Assembly (NCBI GenBank): GCA_031422955.1 | Contig: JANPEN010000048.1 | Coordinates: forward strand, 1-43,789 | Length of the DNA stretch: 43,789 nt | Direction: 5' to 3' | Source of the DNA: Acidimicrobiia bacterium | GTDB lineage: Bacteria; Actinomycetota; Acidimicrobiia; Acidimicrobiales; CAIXPF01 | Shown: in pieces, positions 26,511 to 35,475 of the stretch | How the letters are laid out: the number at the start of each line of letters is the position of its first letter | How positions within the stretch are numbered: the first letter of the stretch is position 1 | Made by a program: the position numbers and the translations under genes | Notes under the pieces: model-generated | Seen by the model: the letters and a program-made list of their open reading frames with translations, nothing else | What the model was told of the DNA's origin: nothing | Databases searched by the model: none

Positions 26511-26678
26511 TCAGGCCCGGCTGCGGCTGCGGGAATGGAACACGCTGTAGCCGCCGGGGCCGACCAAGCAAGCCACGACGAGCAAGATCACGCCGAACAG
26601 GATCTGACCCTGCAGCAGCTGCACGATGCCGACCACCGCGATGACGGCGGCAATAATCCACAAGACGGTGGAGTTCAT
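26511..26678 (-). CDS. GPGG-motif small membrane protein
   Basis: 55 aa from ATG 26678, preceded by AAGGAG. Two hydrophobic helices and the LVGPGGY motif. The track ORF is extended to 26708. Confidence 0.6.
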   Translation of the reverse strand: MNSTVLWIIAAVIAVVGIVQLLQGQILFGVILLVVACLVGPGGYSVFHSRSRSRA

Positions 26679-26806
26679 GGGAATAGGCTCCTTGTTCTCT
26701 GGGCGCAAGGTTTCCCTGCGCTCTCAGCTCGCAGCGCCGGGGGGCCGTGCGCTTGTTGCACCCCATACCCCAGGACCTTTCGTTCAAACGGGTTAGGGTC
26801 CGGCTT

Positions 26807-28003
26807 ATGGGACTTCGAGGAGACGCCGCCATCGTCGGCGTGGCTGAATACCGACCAGAGCGCCACTATCGGGGTGAACGCATCTTCATGCTCGAGCAAT
26901 GGGCGGACCTCGCGGCCGCCGCCTTGGCCGACGCCGGGTTGCGCTCGTCAGACGTGAACGGCTTGGTCTGTGCCAACGTGCGGGAATCGGACATGTTCGT
27001 GCCCTGCACGGTGGCGGAGTACTTGGGTTGGCGGGTCAACTTCGCTGAGCGGGTGGACCTGGGCGGCGCAACACCAATCGGTATGGTATGGCGGGCGGCG
27101 GCTGCCATCGAGCTGGGGCTGTGCGATGTGGTGGTGTGCGCCACCCCGGCCCGTCCCACCCCCAGCCTGCCGCCCGACCAGCCCAGGGCATGGTCCCCGT
27201 TCGGGGCATCGTCCAACATCATGGGCTCGCCCCAGGCCGAGTTCGACATTCCCTTCGGCAACCTGGCCCAGAATTGCGGTTACGCCATGATTGCCAACCG
27301 TTATGCGGCCGAGTACGGCTACGACCAGAGAGCCACCGCCAAGATCGTGGTGGATCAACGCACCAACGCCTGCGCCAACCCCGACGCGGTGTTCTTCGGT
27401 CAGCCCATCACCATTGAGGACGTGCTGGCCTCCAAGATGGTGGCGGATCCGTTGCATGTGCTGGAGATCGTCATGCCCTGCGCCGGCGGTGCTGCGGTGG
27501 TGGTGGCTTCCAAGGAGGTGGCCGCCCGCAGCCGCCATCGCCCCGCGTTCGTCACCGGGTTCGGCGAGCATCTGATGCATAAGACCCCGACCTACTCGCC
27601 GGATCTCTTACACACCCCCATCGGGCCGGCGGCCGAGCAGGCCTTTTCCATGGCGGGTATCGGCAGGGCCGGGGTTGATGTGGCCGAGCTTTACGACTGC
27701 TACAGCATCACCGTGCTGTTGAGCATCGAGGACTCCGGTTTCTGCGCTAAAGGGGAAGGGATGGCCTTCGTGGCGGACCACAATCTTACCTACGCCGGGG
27801 ATTTTCCGGTGAACACCCACGGCGGCCAGCTCGGCTTCGGCCAAACCGGCCTGGCCGGGGGGTTCACCCAGGTGACGGAGGCGGTGCGCCAGCTGCGAGG
27901 CGACGCCGGGGACCATCAGGTGGCGGGCTGCGATACCGCATACTGCTCGGGCACGGGAGGCATCATGTCCGAACAGACCGCCCTCATCCTTCAGGGAGGC
28001 TGA
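26807..28003 (+). CDS. Thiolase-like (SCP-x/Ltp-type) protein lacking the nucleophilic Cys
   Basis: AAIVGVAEY, GQPITIEDVLASKMVADPLHVLE and PVNTHGGQLGFGQ motifs of SCP-x-type thiolases. The segment where thiolases carry the acyl-accepting Cys reads LGGATPIGMV. ATG 26807. Confidence 0.85.
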   Translation: MGLRGDAAIVGVAEYRPERHYRGERIFMLEQWADLAAAALADAGLRSSDVNGLVCANVRESDMFVPCTVAEYLGWRVNFAERVDLGGATPIGMVWRAAAAIELGLCDVVVCATPARPTPSLPPDQPRAWSPFGASSNIMGSPQAEFDIPFGNLAQNCGYAMIANRYAAEYGYDQRATAKIVVDQRTNACANPDAVFFGQPITIEDVLASKMVADPLHVLEIVMPCAGGAAVVVASKEVAARSRHRPAFVTGFGEHLMHKTPTYSPDLLHTPIGPAAEQAFSMAGIGRAGVDVAELYDCYSITVLLSIEDSGFCAKGEGMAFVADHNLTYAGDFPVNTHGGQLGFGQTGLAGGFTQVTEAVRQLRGDAGDHQVAGCDTAYCSGTGGIMSEQTALILQGG

Positions 28004-28008
28004 GGACC

Positions 28009-28464
<456 letters not shown>

Positions 28465-28508
28465 GGCAACGGCTCGGCCGGCCCACCCGACGCGAGGCAG
28501 CGACGCGA

Positions 28509-28538
28509 AACAGCCCGGAGCTGAGGCCCCGGGCTGTT
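28509..28538. terminator. Bidirectional stem-loop between convergent genes
   Basis: AACAGCCCGG (28509-28518) / CCGGGCTGTT (28529-28538), a perfect 10-bp stem with a 10-nt loop, followed by TTCGTTGT on the plus strand. Confidence 0.7.
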
Positions 28539-28575
28539 CGTTGTGGGAGTTCGTGGGTTGGGCGGCGCTGCGACC

Positions 28576-29328
28576 TCAGCCGACGAGGTCCAAGTCGTTG
28601 CCGTCGGCGTGGTGCAGGTCGACGTCGACTTCGCTGAAGTCCAGCTCGGCCTTCCAGCTGTCGTTGTCCTCGTAGCGGCTGTTGTCCTCGTAGGTGTACT
28701 CCAGCGTGGTCAGCTGGGTGTCGTTGTCTTCAATGTCGGTGTTGAAGCTGTCCTGGAGGGTGGTGGACTGGGTGTCGTTGTCTTCGACCTTGGTGTTGAA
28801 GCTGTCTTCCACCTTGGTGTTGAAGCTATCCTCGACCGAGTTGTCGGTGTTGAAGCTGTCTTCGATGTTGGTGGAGTTGTCCTCCAGGGCGTTGGCGCTG
28901 TTGCGGTCCCCGAACACGAAGTTGGCCGGCCCGTCGGAGTTGGAGGCATCGACATCGATGTCGCCGAAGGTCTTGTTGCCGTTGCCGTTGACCACTTGAG
29001 CGTCGCCGCCGTCGGTGTCGACGTCGATCAGGTCACCCCTGCCCATGTTGACGTTCTCGCCCTCGATGTTGGTGGCGCTGCCCCGCTGGGCGAAGGCGCC
29101 CACGGTCGAGTCGTTGAACTGCACGTTGCCGTTGCCCACGGTGGAGTGGTCGAGGGAGACATCGTCCCCGGCCATGATGCCGGTGTTGAGGCCGGTGTTG
29201 ATGGCGGAGTCCTCGACGCTGCCGTTGACGGCCACGCCGCCGGCCAGAGCCGTAACCGAGTCACTGTCGAGGGTCTGATCGAAGTCGATGTCGTGGCCGG
29301 AAAGCTCGGTGATCGTCTGGTTTTTCAT
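28576..29328 (-). CDS. Highly acidic Asp/Asn/Ser/Thr/Gly-rich repeat protein, function unknown
   Basis: 250 aa from ATG 29328, preceded by AAAGGA. Minus-strand codons end almost exclusively in C/G, whereas the same-register plus-strand ORF 28543..29376 has low GC3. No Cys, no N-terminal hydrophobic signal. Contains (V/I)EDSFNT repeats. Confidence 0.75.
   Translation of the reverse strand: MKNQTITELSGHDIDFDQTLDSDSVTALAGGVAVNGSVEDSAINTGLNTGIMAGDDVSLDHSTVGNGNVQFNDSTVGAFAQRGSATNIEGENVNMGRGDLIDVDTDGGDAQVVNGNGNKTFGDIDVDASNSDGPANFVFGDRNSANALEDNSTNIEDSFNTDNSVEDSFNTKVEDSFNTKVEDNDTQSTTLQDSFNTDIEDNDTQLTTLEYTYEDNSRYEDNDSWKAELDFSEVDVDLHHADGNDLDLVG
28714..28857 (-). repeat. Intragenic tandem repeats (54-nt unit with a 24-nt sub-repeat)
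   Basis: CTGGGTGTCGTTGTCTTC at 28714 and 28768. GGTGTTGAAGCT at 28738, 28792, 28816 and 28846. These encode DSFNT(D/K)(I/V)EDNDTQ(L/S)TTL and KVEDSFNT units. Confidence 0.9.
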
Positions 29329-29421
29329 GGTCCTGGTCCTTTGGTGCTGGGCTCGTTCGCAGGCCGGATTGGCTGACAACTGCGACGGTACGCTCCCCCA
29401 GTCCGCACCGGATCGGGGCCA

Positions 29422-29452
29422 ACCCCTATCTCTACCGGCCCCCCATAGGGGT
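29422..29452. terminator. Weak hairpin after the amidase stop
   Basis: ACCCCTAT (29422-29429) / ATAGGGGT (29445-29452), an 8-bp stem with a 15-nt loop. It lies between the amidase 3' end (29479) and the start of the acidic-protein gene (29328). Confidence 0.3.
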
Positions 29453-29478
29453 GGTGTCGAGCCGGCCTGGCGGGCGGC

Positions 29479-30885
29479 TCACACGTGCAGGGGCGGCTGG
29501 CGCAGGTGCCAGTCGGTGCTTTGTTGATAGAGGTGGCCCACCCGCAAGGCGGTGGCGTCTTCGAAGGGGCGGGCGATGATCTGCAGGCTGAGCGGCAGCC
29601 CGTCGGGGTCGAAGCCCATGGGTAGGGCCAGTGCGGGAAAGCCGGTGCCGTTCCAAGCCGGGCAGTGCATGGCCCGGCTGGCGATGGCCTCCCGAGGGGC
29701 GCCCGTATAGGCGGTTGCCCCGTACCCCATGGTCGGGCTGACCAGGACGCTCAGCCGTTGCTCGTCCATCAGGGCCAGGATCTGTTCCCTGGCTGCCTGG
29801 CGGACCCGTTCGCATTGGACCAGGTCTCCACCGGAAATGAGTGCCCCCATGGCCAAGGTGAGCCGGGTTGGGCGCCCGTAGTCCTGCCAACGCTCCGCGA
29901 GCCAGTTGCGGTGATAGGCAAACGCCTCGGCCTGCAAGCCCAAGAAGGTGGCCGCATGCAGCTCGTCGTACAGGGGCGCCACCACCTCGGTGGTTTCGGC
30001 TCCGCCGCCGCGCAGCACTGCCAGCGCCTCCTGCATGGCCTGCCACGTCCACGCTGCGCTGTGGGCCTGGATGGAGTCGTTGGCCAGGATCCCGATGCGG
30101 GTGCCGGCCAGCGAGGGCCCCGCGGTTTCGAGGGCGGCGACGTAGTCCACCGGGGCAACTGCCACCGAGGTGCGATCGGAGGGATGGGCCCCCGCCATCA
30201 CGTTGAGCATGGCCGCGCAATCCCACGCTGAACGGGACATGGGTCCGAGATGGTCGTAGGTGTAGCCCAAAGGAAAGCAGCCGCTCTTGGGGACCAGCCC
30301 GTGGGTGGGTTTGTGCCCGGTGATGCCGCAGTAGGCCGCCGGCACCCGGATGCTGCCTCCGGTGTCGGTGCCCAACGCCCCCAGCATGAGCCCGGCCGCC
30401 ACCCCGTTGCCGGAGCCGGAGGACGAACCGCCCGTCCACCGTTCGGTGTTCCACGGGTTGCGGGGGAGGGGGAAGGGCTTGGTGCGGTCGGGCCGACCGA
30501 TGGCGAACTCCATGGTGGTCAACTTGCCCAACACGATGGCGCCGGCCTGACGCAACCGGGTCAGCACCGGGCCGTCGCCGGCGGCGCCCCAGGAAGGGTC
30601 CAGCACCAAAGACTGGCAGGTGGTGGGTCCCTCGTCGGTGGACAGAATGTCCTTGATGCCGAGGGGGATGCCGTGCAGGGGGCCGCGATCGTGACCGGCG
30701 GCCAGCTCGGCGTCCGCCGCCCTGGCTGCGGCCAGGGCGGTGTCGTCGAAGCGGGCCAGATAGACGCCGAGCTCGCCATCGAGACGGTCTGCTCCCTCCT
30801 GCAGGGAGCCCACCAGGGTTTCGCTGGTGATCTCGCCGCAGCGCAGGGCTGCCCCGGCGCTGGCGATGGTCCAGGGCTGGCTCAT
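29479..30885 (-). CDS. Amidase-signature (GatA-like) amidase
   Basis: GIPLGIKD (catalytic Lys region) and the TGGSSSGSG amidase signature. 468 aa. Confidence 0.92.
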   Translation of the reverse strand: MSQPWTIASAGAALRCGEITSETLVGSLQEGADRLDGELGVYLARFDDTALAAARAADAELAAGHDRGPLHGIPLGIKDILSTDEGPTTCQSLVLDPSWGAAGDGPVLTRLRQAGAIVLGKLTTMEFAIGRPDRTKPFPLPRNPWNTERWTGGSSSGSGNGVAAGLMLGALGTDTGGSIRVPAAYCGITGHKPTHGLVPKSGCFPLGYTYDHLGPMSRSAWDCAAMLNVMAGAHPSDRTSVAVAPVDYVAALETAGPSLAGTRIGILANDSIQAHSAAWTWQAMQEALAVLRGGGAETTEVVAPLYDELHAATFLGLQAEAFAYHRNWLAERWQDYGRPTRLTLAMGALISGGDLVQCERVRQAAREQILALMDEQRLSVLVSPTMGYGATAYTGAPREAIASRAMHCPAWNGTGFPALALPMGFDPDGLPLSLQIIARPFEDATALRVGHLYQQSTDWHLRQPPLHV

Positions 30886-31103
30886 GGCTGAGTATTCTGG
30901 CCGGCCCGAAACACCGTGGCCCGGTCCACATCGCCCACCGGGGCGGCGTGGATCATGGCCAGCTGGCGTCGGATGGGCCCGTAAAGCTGAGCCAGCCGGG
31001 CCACCTCCTCTGGCGGGGGCTGGAGGCCGGCTGCAGCCAGCAGCGACTCCACGATCAGCTTGTTTTCAGCGGTTGCTTCGGGCACCAGGCAACCGTATCC
31101 CAC
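30882..31103 (-). CDS. GatC/AtzG-like small subunit candidate (56-73 aa)
   Basis: Its stop overlaps the amidase ATG (ATGA at 30882-30885). High GC3 from about codon 16 onward. The helical pattern LIVESLLAAAGLQPPPEEVARLAQLYGPIRRQLAMIHAAPVGDVD resembles GatC. Possible starts are GTG 31103, 31085 or 31052. The last lies 11 nt after the MFS stop. Confidence 0.55.
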   Translation of the reverse strand: MGYGCLVPEATAENKLIVESLLAAAGLQPPPEEVARLAQLYGPIRRQLAMIHAAPVGDVDRATVFRAGQNTQP

Positions 31104-32427
31104 CGCCCTCGGGCCCGGGACCCGATCGAGGTGGCGTTTCTGGTTGCCGGCTGGCCGCTTGCCAGCCGCGGCCCATGCCCGCCACCGGGGTGCGGGTCAG
31201 CTCGTAGACCAAGGTGGTCACCGCCACCACTACCGCCATACCAATTAGTACGTCGCGCAGGCCGATGGCGTCGGCCAGCAGGCCCAGCGGCAACGCCGCC
31301 AGCCCGAAGCCGGAAAAGCCCAGCTGCAACAATGACTGCAGCCGGCCGTGGAACTCCCGCTCGGAGTGGGCCAGTACCAGCGAGGCGCTGAGGGACTGGA
31401 AGGCGGCACTGGTTCCCCCCAGGCCCACCATGGCCAGGGCGGCCAGGGGCAGGCTGGGGCTCCAGGCCAGGGCCAGCTCGGCCAGCGCGAAACCGGCCCC
31501 GGAAAGCCACAGCAGCCGCCAGGCCTGCACACCGCCGGCTCGCCGGGCGATGGCCAAGGTGGCAGCGATGCCGCCCACCGCGCTGGCCACCGACAGGAAC
31601 GAATAGCCAGAAGGGCCGGCGTTGAACAGGTCCTCGGCCACGCTGGGCAGGAAGGCCACATAGGGAAAGCCGAACATGATGACGATGGTGGACAGCAACA
31701 ACAGGGCCAACACCGGACGGTTGTGGCGGGCGTAGGAGGCGCCGTTGGCCAGCTCGCGCAGGGGGGCGGCCCGGTGGGCCCCGGAGACCGCGCCCTTGGG
31801 CAGACGAGCGAACAGGACCAGGGCTACCAGGTTGATCAGCGCCCCGAACACGTAAACCCCGCCGATACCGATGGCCTGGGTACCGATCATGACCCCGGCC
31901 AAGGAGGGGCCGAGCACCCGATTGGCGTTGAGGGAGAGCTGGCTCAACACGATGGCGTTGGACAACAACTCGGGGCCGACCAACTCGGCGGTGAAGGCGA
32001 TACGGGCCGGGCCGGTGCCGGCGAAGCCGATGGCCTGCAGGGCCGAGGCCACCATCAGCATCCAGAACTTGATGAAGTCGAACTCGACCGCCACCGCGAT
32101 CCAGATCGAGGAGGTGACCAGGATGAGCTGGGAGGTGACCAACACGGTCCGTTTGGCGAAGCGATCCGCGGCCACCCCGCCCAGGGGGGTAGCCACCAGG
32201 CTGGCCACCCCGAAACCCAGGGTCACCGCGCCCAGGCCACGGTTGTTGCCGGTCAGTTGATGGGCGAGCCAACCCCTGGCGATGACCTGCGCGAAGGTGG
32301 ACAGAAAGGCGAAGAAGCCGGCGATCCATAAGCGCCGGTAGACGGGGTGGTGGAGCGAGGCAAAGGTGCCGTGGGGGGGGCGTGGCCCCGCCAGGGCGGG
32401 ATCCGCCGCACGGCCGGGGCGGGTCAT
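31066..32427 (-). CDS. MFS transporter
   Basis: 453 aa from ATG 32427 (MTRPGRAADP...SLHHPVYRRLWIAGFFAFL). About 12 hydrophobic spans and a GGVAADRFAKRTVL loop motif. Track ORF 31066..33306 is artificially extended upstream. Confidence 0.88.
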   Translation of the reverse strand: MTRPGRAADPALAGPRPPHGTFASLHHPVYRRLWIAGFFAFLSTFAQVIARGWLAHQLTGNNRGLGAVTLGFGVASLVATPLGGVAADRFAKRTVLVTSQLILVTSSIWIAVAVEFDFIKFWMLMVASALQAIGFAGTGPARIAFTAELVGPELLSNAIVLSQLSLNANRVLGPSLAGVMIGTQAIGIGGVYVFGALINLVALVLFARLPKGAVSGAHRAAPLRELANGASYARHNRPVLALLLLSTIVIMFGFPYVAFLPSVAEDLFNAGPSGYSFLSVASAVGGIAATLAIARRAGGVQAWRLLWLSGAGFALAELALAWSPSLPLAALAMVGLGGTSAAFQSLSASLVLAHSEREFHGRLQSLLQLGFSGFGLAALPLGLLADAIGLRDVLIGMAVVVAVTTLVYELTRTPVAGMGRGWQAASRQPETPPRSGPGPEGGGIRLPGARSNR

Positions 32428-32583
32428 CAGCGAGGTGACCGGAGGGCGGACGGGGGAGAGAGCGGCGCGGTCGTGGCGGTTACGGTAGCGGCGCTCCGCC
32501 GATGGGACCAGCTCACCTGAACTTGCCGCGGAACCCGCTCGCCGGGCCCGACGCCGCGACATGGTCGAGCTCCATGGTGCACG

Positions 32584-33819
32584 ATGACAACAATGACGGA
32601 TCACCTCGACGCCCATCAGCACGCCGCCCCCATGGCCGACGCTCCCACCGGGCCCCTGGTGGGCATGCGGATCCTCGATCTCACCCACGCCCTGGCCGGG
32701 CCTTTCGGCAGTATGTTTCTGGCCGACCTGGGGGCCGACGTCATCAAGATCGAACCACCGGCGGGGGAGATGGTGCGCTTCGCGGGGCCCTACACCCGCG
32801 ACGACGAGGCCCGCCTCTACGGTTCCCGCTACGGCTCCCGCAACCGCAACAAGCGTTCCATTGCCCTGGATCTGGCCACCGAGGCCGATCGGGAGACCTT
32901 CTTCCAGCTGGTCGAGACGGCCGACGGTCTGTTGGAGAACCAGCGGGCCGGGGTGCTCGACCGCCTCGGTGTGGGCTATGAGGCCTGTCGGGCCCGCAAC
33001 CCGAAGCTGGTCTATGCGGCTGTGCGAGGTTTCGGGGACCCCCGCACCGGGGCCAGCCCCTACGCCAACTGGCCCGCCTTCGACCCCATCGCCCAGGCCA
33101 TGGGTGGGGTGGTCGCCTCGACCGGCACCGACGGCGAGCACCTGTTGCGCTGCGGACCGCCCATCGGGGACACGGTGCCCGGGCTGATGGCCGCCTTGGG
33201 CATGGTCGCCGCCATCCACCACGCCCAGCGCAGCGGGGTCGGCCAGTTCCTCGACGTGGCCATGGTGGACGCCATGATCTCCGTGTCCAGCGAGAGCCTG
33301 ACCCAATGGAGCTATACCGGCCGGTCCCAGCGGCCCTCAGGCAACTCGGTAGACGGGATAACTCCATTTGACATCTATCCCACCCTCGATGGACATTGCG
33401 CCATCGCCGCCCCTACGGCGCATCACTGGGCCCGGCTGTGCAATGTGGTGGGTCGGCCCGACCTCATCGAGGATGAGCGCACGGCCGGCATGCGTCGCCG
33501 GGTCAAGCACCGTGACCTGGTCGACGAGGCGGTCGGGGGCTGGGCGGCAGCCCACACCACCGCGGAAGTGGTGGCCGCCCTGGGTGATCAAGTGCCGGTG
33601 GGGCCCGTCTACGGGCCCGCCGACTGGGTTCAGGACCCCCACGTGGCCGCCCGCCAGATGCTGGTGGCGGTCGAGCATGGCCACCACCGTCCCACCATCC
33701 AGGCCAATTGCCCGATCCGCTTCACCGAGACGCCTGCGGGCATCTACCGCAGTCCCGCCACCCTGGACCAGCACGGCCCCGAGCTACGGGCGGAGCTCGA
33801 CCAACGCGGCCAAGGCTGA
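32584..33819 (+). CDS. Family III CoA-transferase (CaiB/BaiF)
   Basis: LVGMRILDLTHALAGPFGSMFLADLGADVIKIEPPAGE. The catalytic-Asp segment is NWPAFDPIAQAMGG. Confidence 0.92.
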   Translation: MTTMTDHLDAHQHAAPMADAPTGPLVGMRILDLTHALAGPFGSMFLADLGADVIKIEPPAGEMVRFAGPYTRDDEARLYGSRYGSRNRNKRSIALDLATEADRETFFQLVETADGLLENQRAGVLDRLGVGYEACRARNPKLVYAAVRGFGDPRTGASPYANWPAFDPIAQAMGGVVASTGTDGEHLLRCGPPIGDTVPGLMAALGMVAAIHHAQRSGVGQFLDVAMVDAMISVSSESLTQWSYTGRSQRPSGNSVDGITPFDIYPTLDGHCAIAAPTAHHWARLCNVVGRPDLIEDERTAGMRRRVKHRDLVDEAVGGWAAAHTTAEVVAALGDQVPVGPVYGPADWVQDPHVAARQMLVAVEHGHHRPTIQANCPIRFTETPAGIYRSPATLDQHGPELRAELDQRGQG

Positions 33820-33824
33820 CGCGG

Positions 33825-35417
33825 TCAACTGCGCTCGGCGGGGTAGGTGCCGGCCAACGTGCCCGGGGGCGGGCCTTTGGCTCCGATGCGCTCGGTGGCG
33901 TCTATGGGGGAGTGCGGTAGTTCGAGATCGTCGAAGGTGCCGTTGGTTTCGTTGGCGTTGGACCCGCCGTCGGTGCGGCTGGTGCCCATGGCGCGGTCCA
34001 CCGCGTCGAACAGGGGCTCCTTAAACGGGTAAGCCAGGTACCAACCGGCCCAGTTTCGCACCGGGTCCCCCGAGTAGAACTTGGCGTATTGCATCATGCG
34101 CGAACCGAAGCTGTCCCCGGTGGCGTCCCACGCCAGCTTGAACAGCCCGATACGTTCCTGGGCGGACACACCGGGACGGCCGCTGACGTACTTGTCGAGT
34201 TGGGGGCGCAACACCTCGCTGGCCAGATCGGCCTCGGTGGGGGCGTAGAAGAAGCCGCCGGCGGCCAGGGTTTGGATGATCTCGACCAGCCGGGGATAGA
34301 TCCGCGGCGCCCGGAGATTGGCCGCCGCCAGATAGTGCTGATACACCGACCACACGCCGTTGGGACCGGGCTTGGCCATGGCCTCGGAGCCGTAGAAGGC
34401 GGCCCGGAAGGTCTCCAGCTCGATGAGCGCCTCGCCCAGCTTCTCCTGCAGGTGCAAGAACCCCGAGATGCCCACTGCGTCGGCCAGGCGCATGGCCAGC
34501 CCACAGAAAAACTCCAGGTTGGACAACATCCGAGCCGCCGTCTGTACGGCCACGGTGCCGTCGCGGGGGCGCAGTTGGTTGCACACGTCTCTCGCCGCCG
34601 AGCTGGCCCCGTCGATGAAGACTCGATCCCACGGCACCAGCACGTCGTCGAAAATGGCGATGCAATCCATCTCCTCGAAACGAGACGAGAGCGGATGATC
34701 AAAGCGGCTGCGCCCGGGCGGGGCGAAGCTCTCCCGGCACACGAAACGCAGCCCGGGCGAGTTGGTGGGGATGCCGAAACCCACCGCGTAGGCCTCGTCG
34801 CCGGGGCCCACCCCACCAAAGGGCCAGGCCATGACCTCCTCGCAGAGGGGGGCCATGGTGCCCAACATCTTGGCCCCCCGCACGATGATCCCCTCCGAGC
34901 TGTGCCGGCAACGGCCCAAGTGGGTAAAGGGGTCCTGCTGCTGGGCCGAGGAGCGGGAGCGATCCACCTGAGGGTTGACCAACATGTGGGTCAAGAAGAG
35001 GTCGCTTTCTCGGACGTGTTCGTAGTAGGCGACCACGTTGTCGGCGTAGGCCGCCGAGCCGCCGGTGGCGAAAAGAGCCGAAATCAGGGAGAAGTCGGTG
35101 AGGATGGCGTTCATGAAGTCAGGCGCTCTGCCCATGAACCCGAAGGTATGGTCGGTGCGTAGCTTGTAGCTTCGGCGCCGGCGGATGAGATCCTCCTTGC
35201 TGCGTGGCACCAGGAACGAAGAGGAGTAGCCGTCGGTGAGGGCGATGTCACGATGGCGCGGGTCCAACTGCAAGTCGTATTGCTCCATGATGGTGCGCAA
35301 CGGCCCGGCGAAGGTGGGCTCGGTGGTCACATCCTCGACTCGGCGTCCGCCCAGCCAGACCTCTGGCTGGTTCCTCTTCAAGCTCTGCCGATACTCCTCA
35401 CCGCTGCGCGCTCCCAT
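33825..35417 (-). CDS. 4-hydroxyphenylacetate 3-hydroxylase (HpaB) family flavin-dependent monooxygenase, oxygenase component
   Basis: GEEYRQSLKRNQPEVWLGGRRVEDVTTEPTF, GFMGRAPDF, LVNPQVDRS and DHPLSSRFEEMDCIAIFDDVLVPWDRVF all parallel HpaB. 530 aa with a C-terminal extension. Confidence 0.88.
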   Translation of the reverse strand: MGARSGEEYRQSLKRNQPEVWLGGRRVEDVTTEPTFAGPLRTIMEQYDLQLDPRHRDIALTDGYSSSFLVPRSKEDLIRRRRSYKLRTDHTFGFMGRAPDFMNAILTDFSLISALFATGGSAAYADNVVAYYEHVRESDLFLTHMLVNPQVDRSRSSAQQQDPFTHLGRCRHSSEGIIVRGAKMLGTMAPLCEEVMAWPFGGVGPGDEAYAVGFGIPTNSPGLRFVCRESFAPPGRSRFDHPLSSRFEEMDCIAIFDDVLVPWDRVFIDGASSAARDVCNQLRPRDGTVAVQTAARMLSNLEFFCGLAMRLADAVGISGFLHLQEKLGEALIELETFRAAFYGSEAMAKPGPNGVWSVYQHYLAAANLRAPRIYPRLVEIIQTLAAGGFFYAPTEADLASEVLRPQLDKYVSGRPGVSAQERIGLFKLAWDATGDSFGSRMMQYAKFYSGDPVRNWAGWYLAYPFKEPLFDAVDRAMGTSRTDGGSNANETNGTFDDLELPHSPIDATERIGAKGPPPGTLAGTYPAERS

Positions 35418-35475
35418 GCCAGCAACGTAGTCTTCGCCTCGGCCGATCGCACCCTGACTAGAGGCGGAGCAACCT

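Noticed and set aside
28543-29376. Plus-strand 277-aa Val/Gly/Ala-rich ORF opposite the acidic repeat gene.
   Set aside because: It shares the codon register of the minus-strand gene, but its third positions are mostly T/A (for example GTT GAA GCT GTC). Minus-strand codons end in C/G like every other gene here. The minus strand also has an ATG with an AAAGGA ribosome-binding site.
32428-33306. N-terminal 290-aa extension of track ORF 31066..33306 (746 aa). Similar upstream extensions occur in ORFs 16799..18217, 38631..40352, 38376..39845, 12975..15305 and 15166..15570.
   Set aside because: The extensions run antisense through, or overlap, neighbouring well-supported genes and have no homology-like motifs. 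Internal starts with ribosome-binding sites give proteins of canonical length.
33825-35417. Alternative call as 4-hydroxybutyryl-CoA dehydratase (same superfamily as HpaB, and attractive given the CoA context).
   Set aside because: The segment that carries the CxxxC [4Fe-4S] ligands in the dehydratases reads GFMGRAPDF, as in HpaB monooxygenases. I see no matching Cys/His ligand set.
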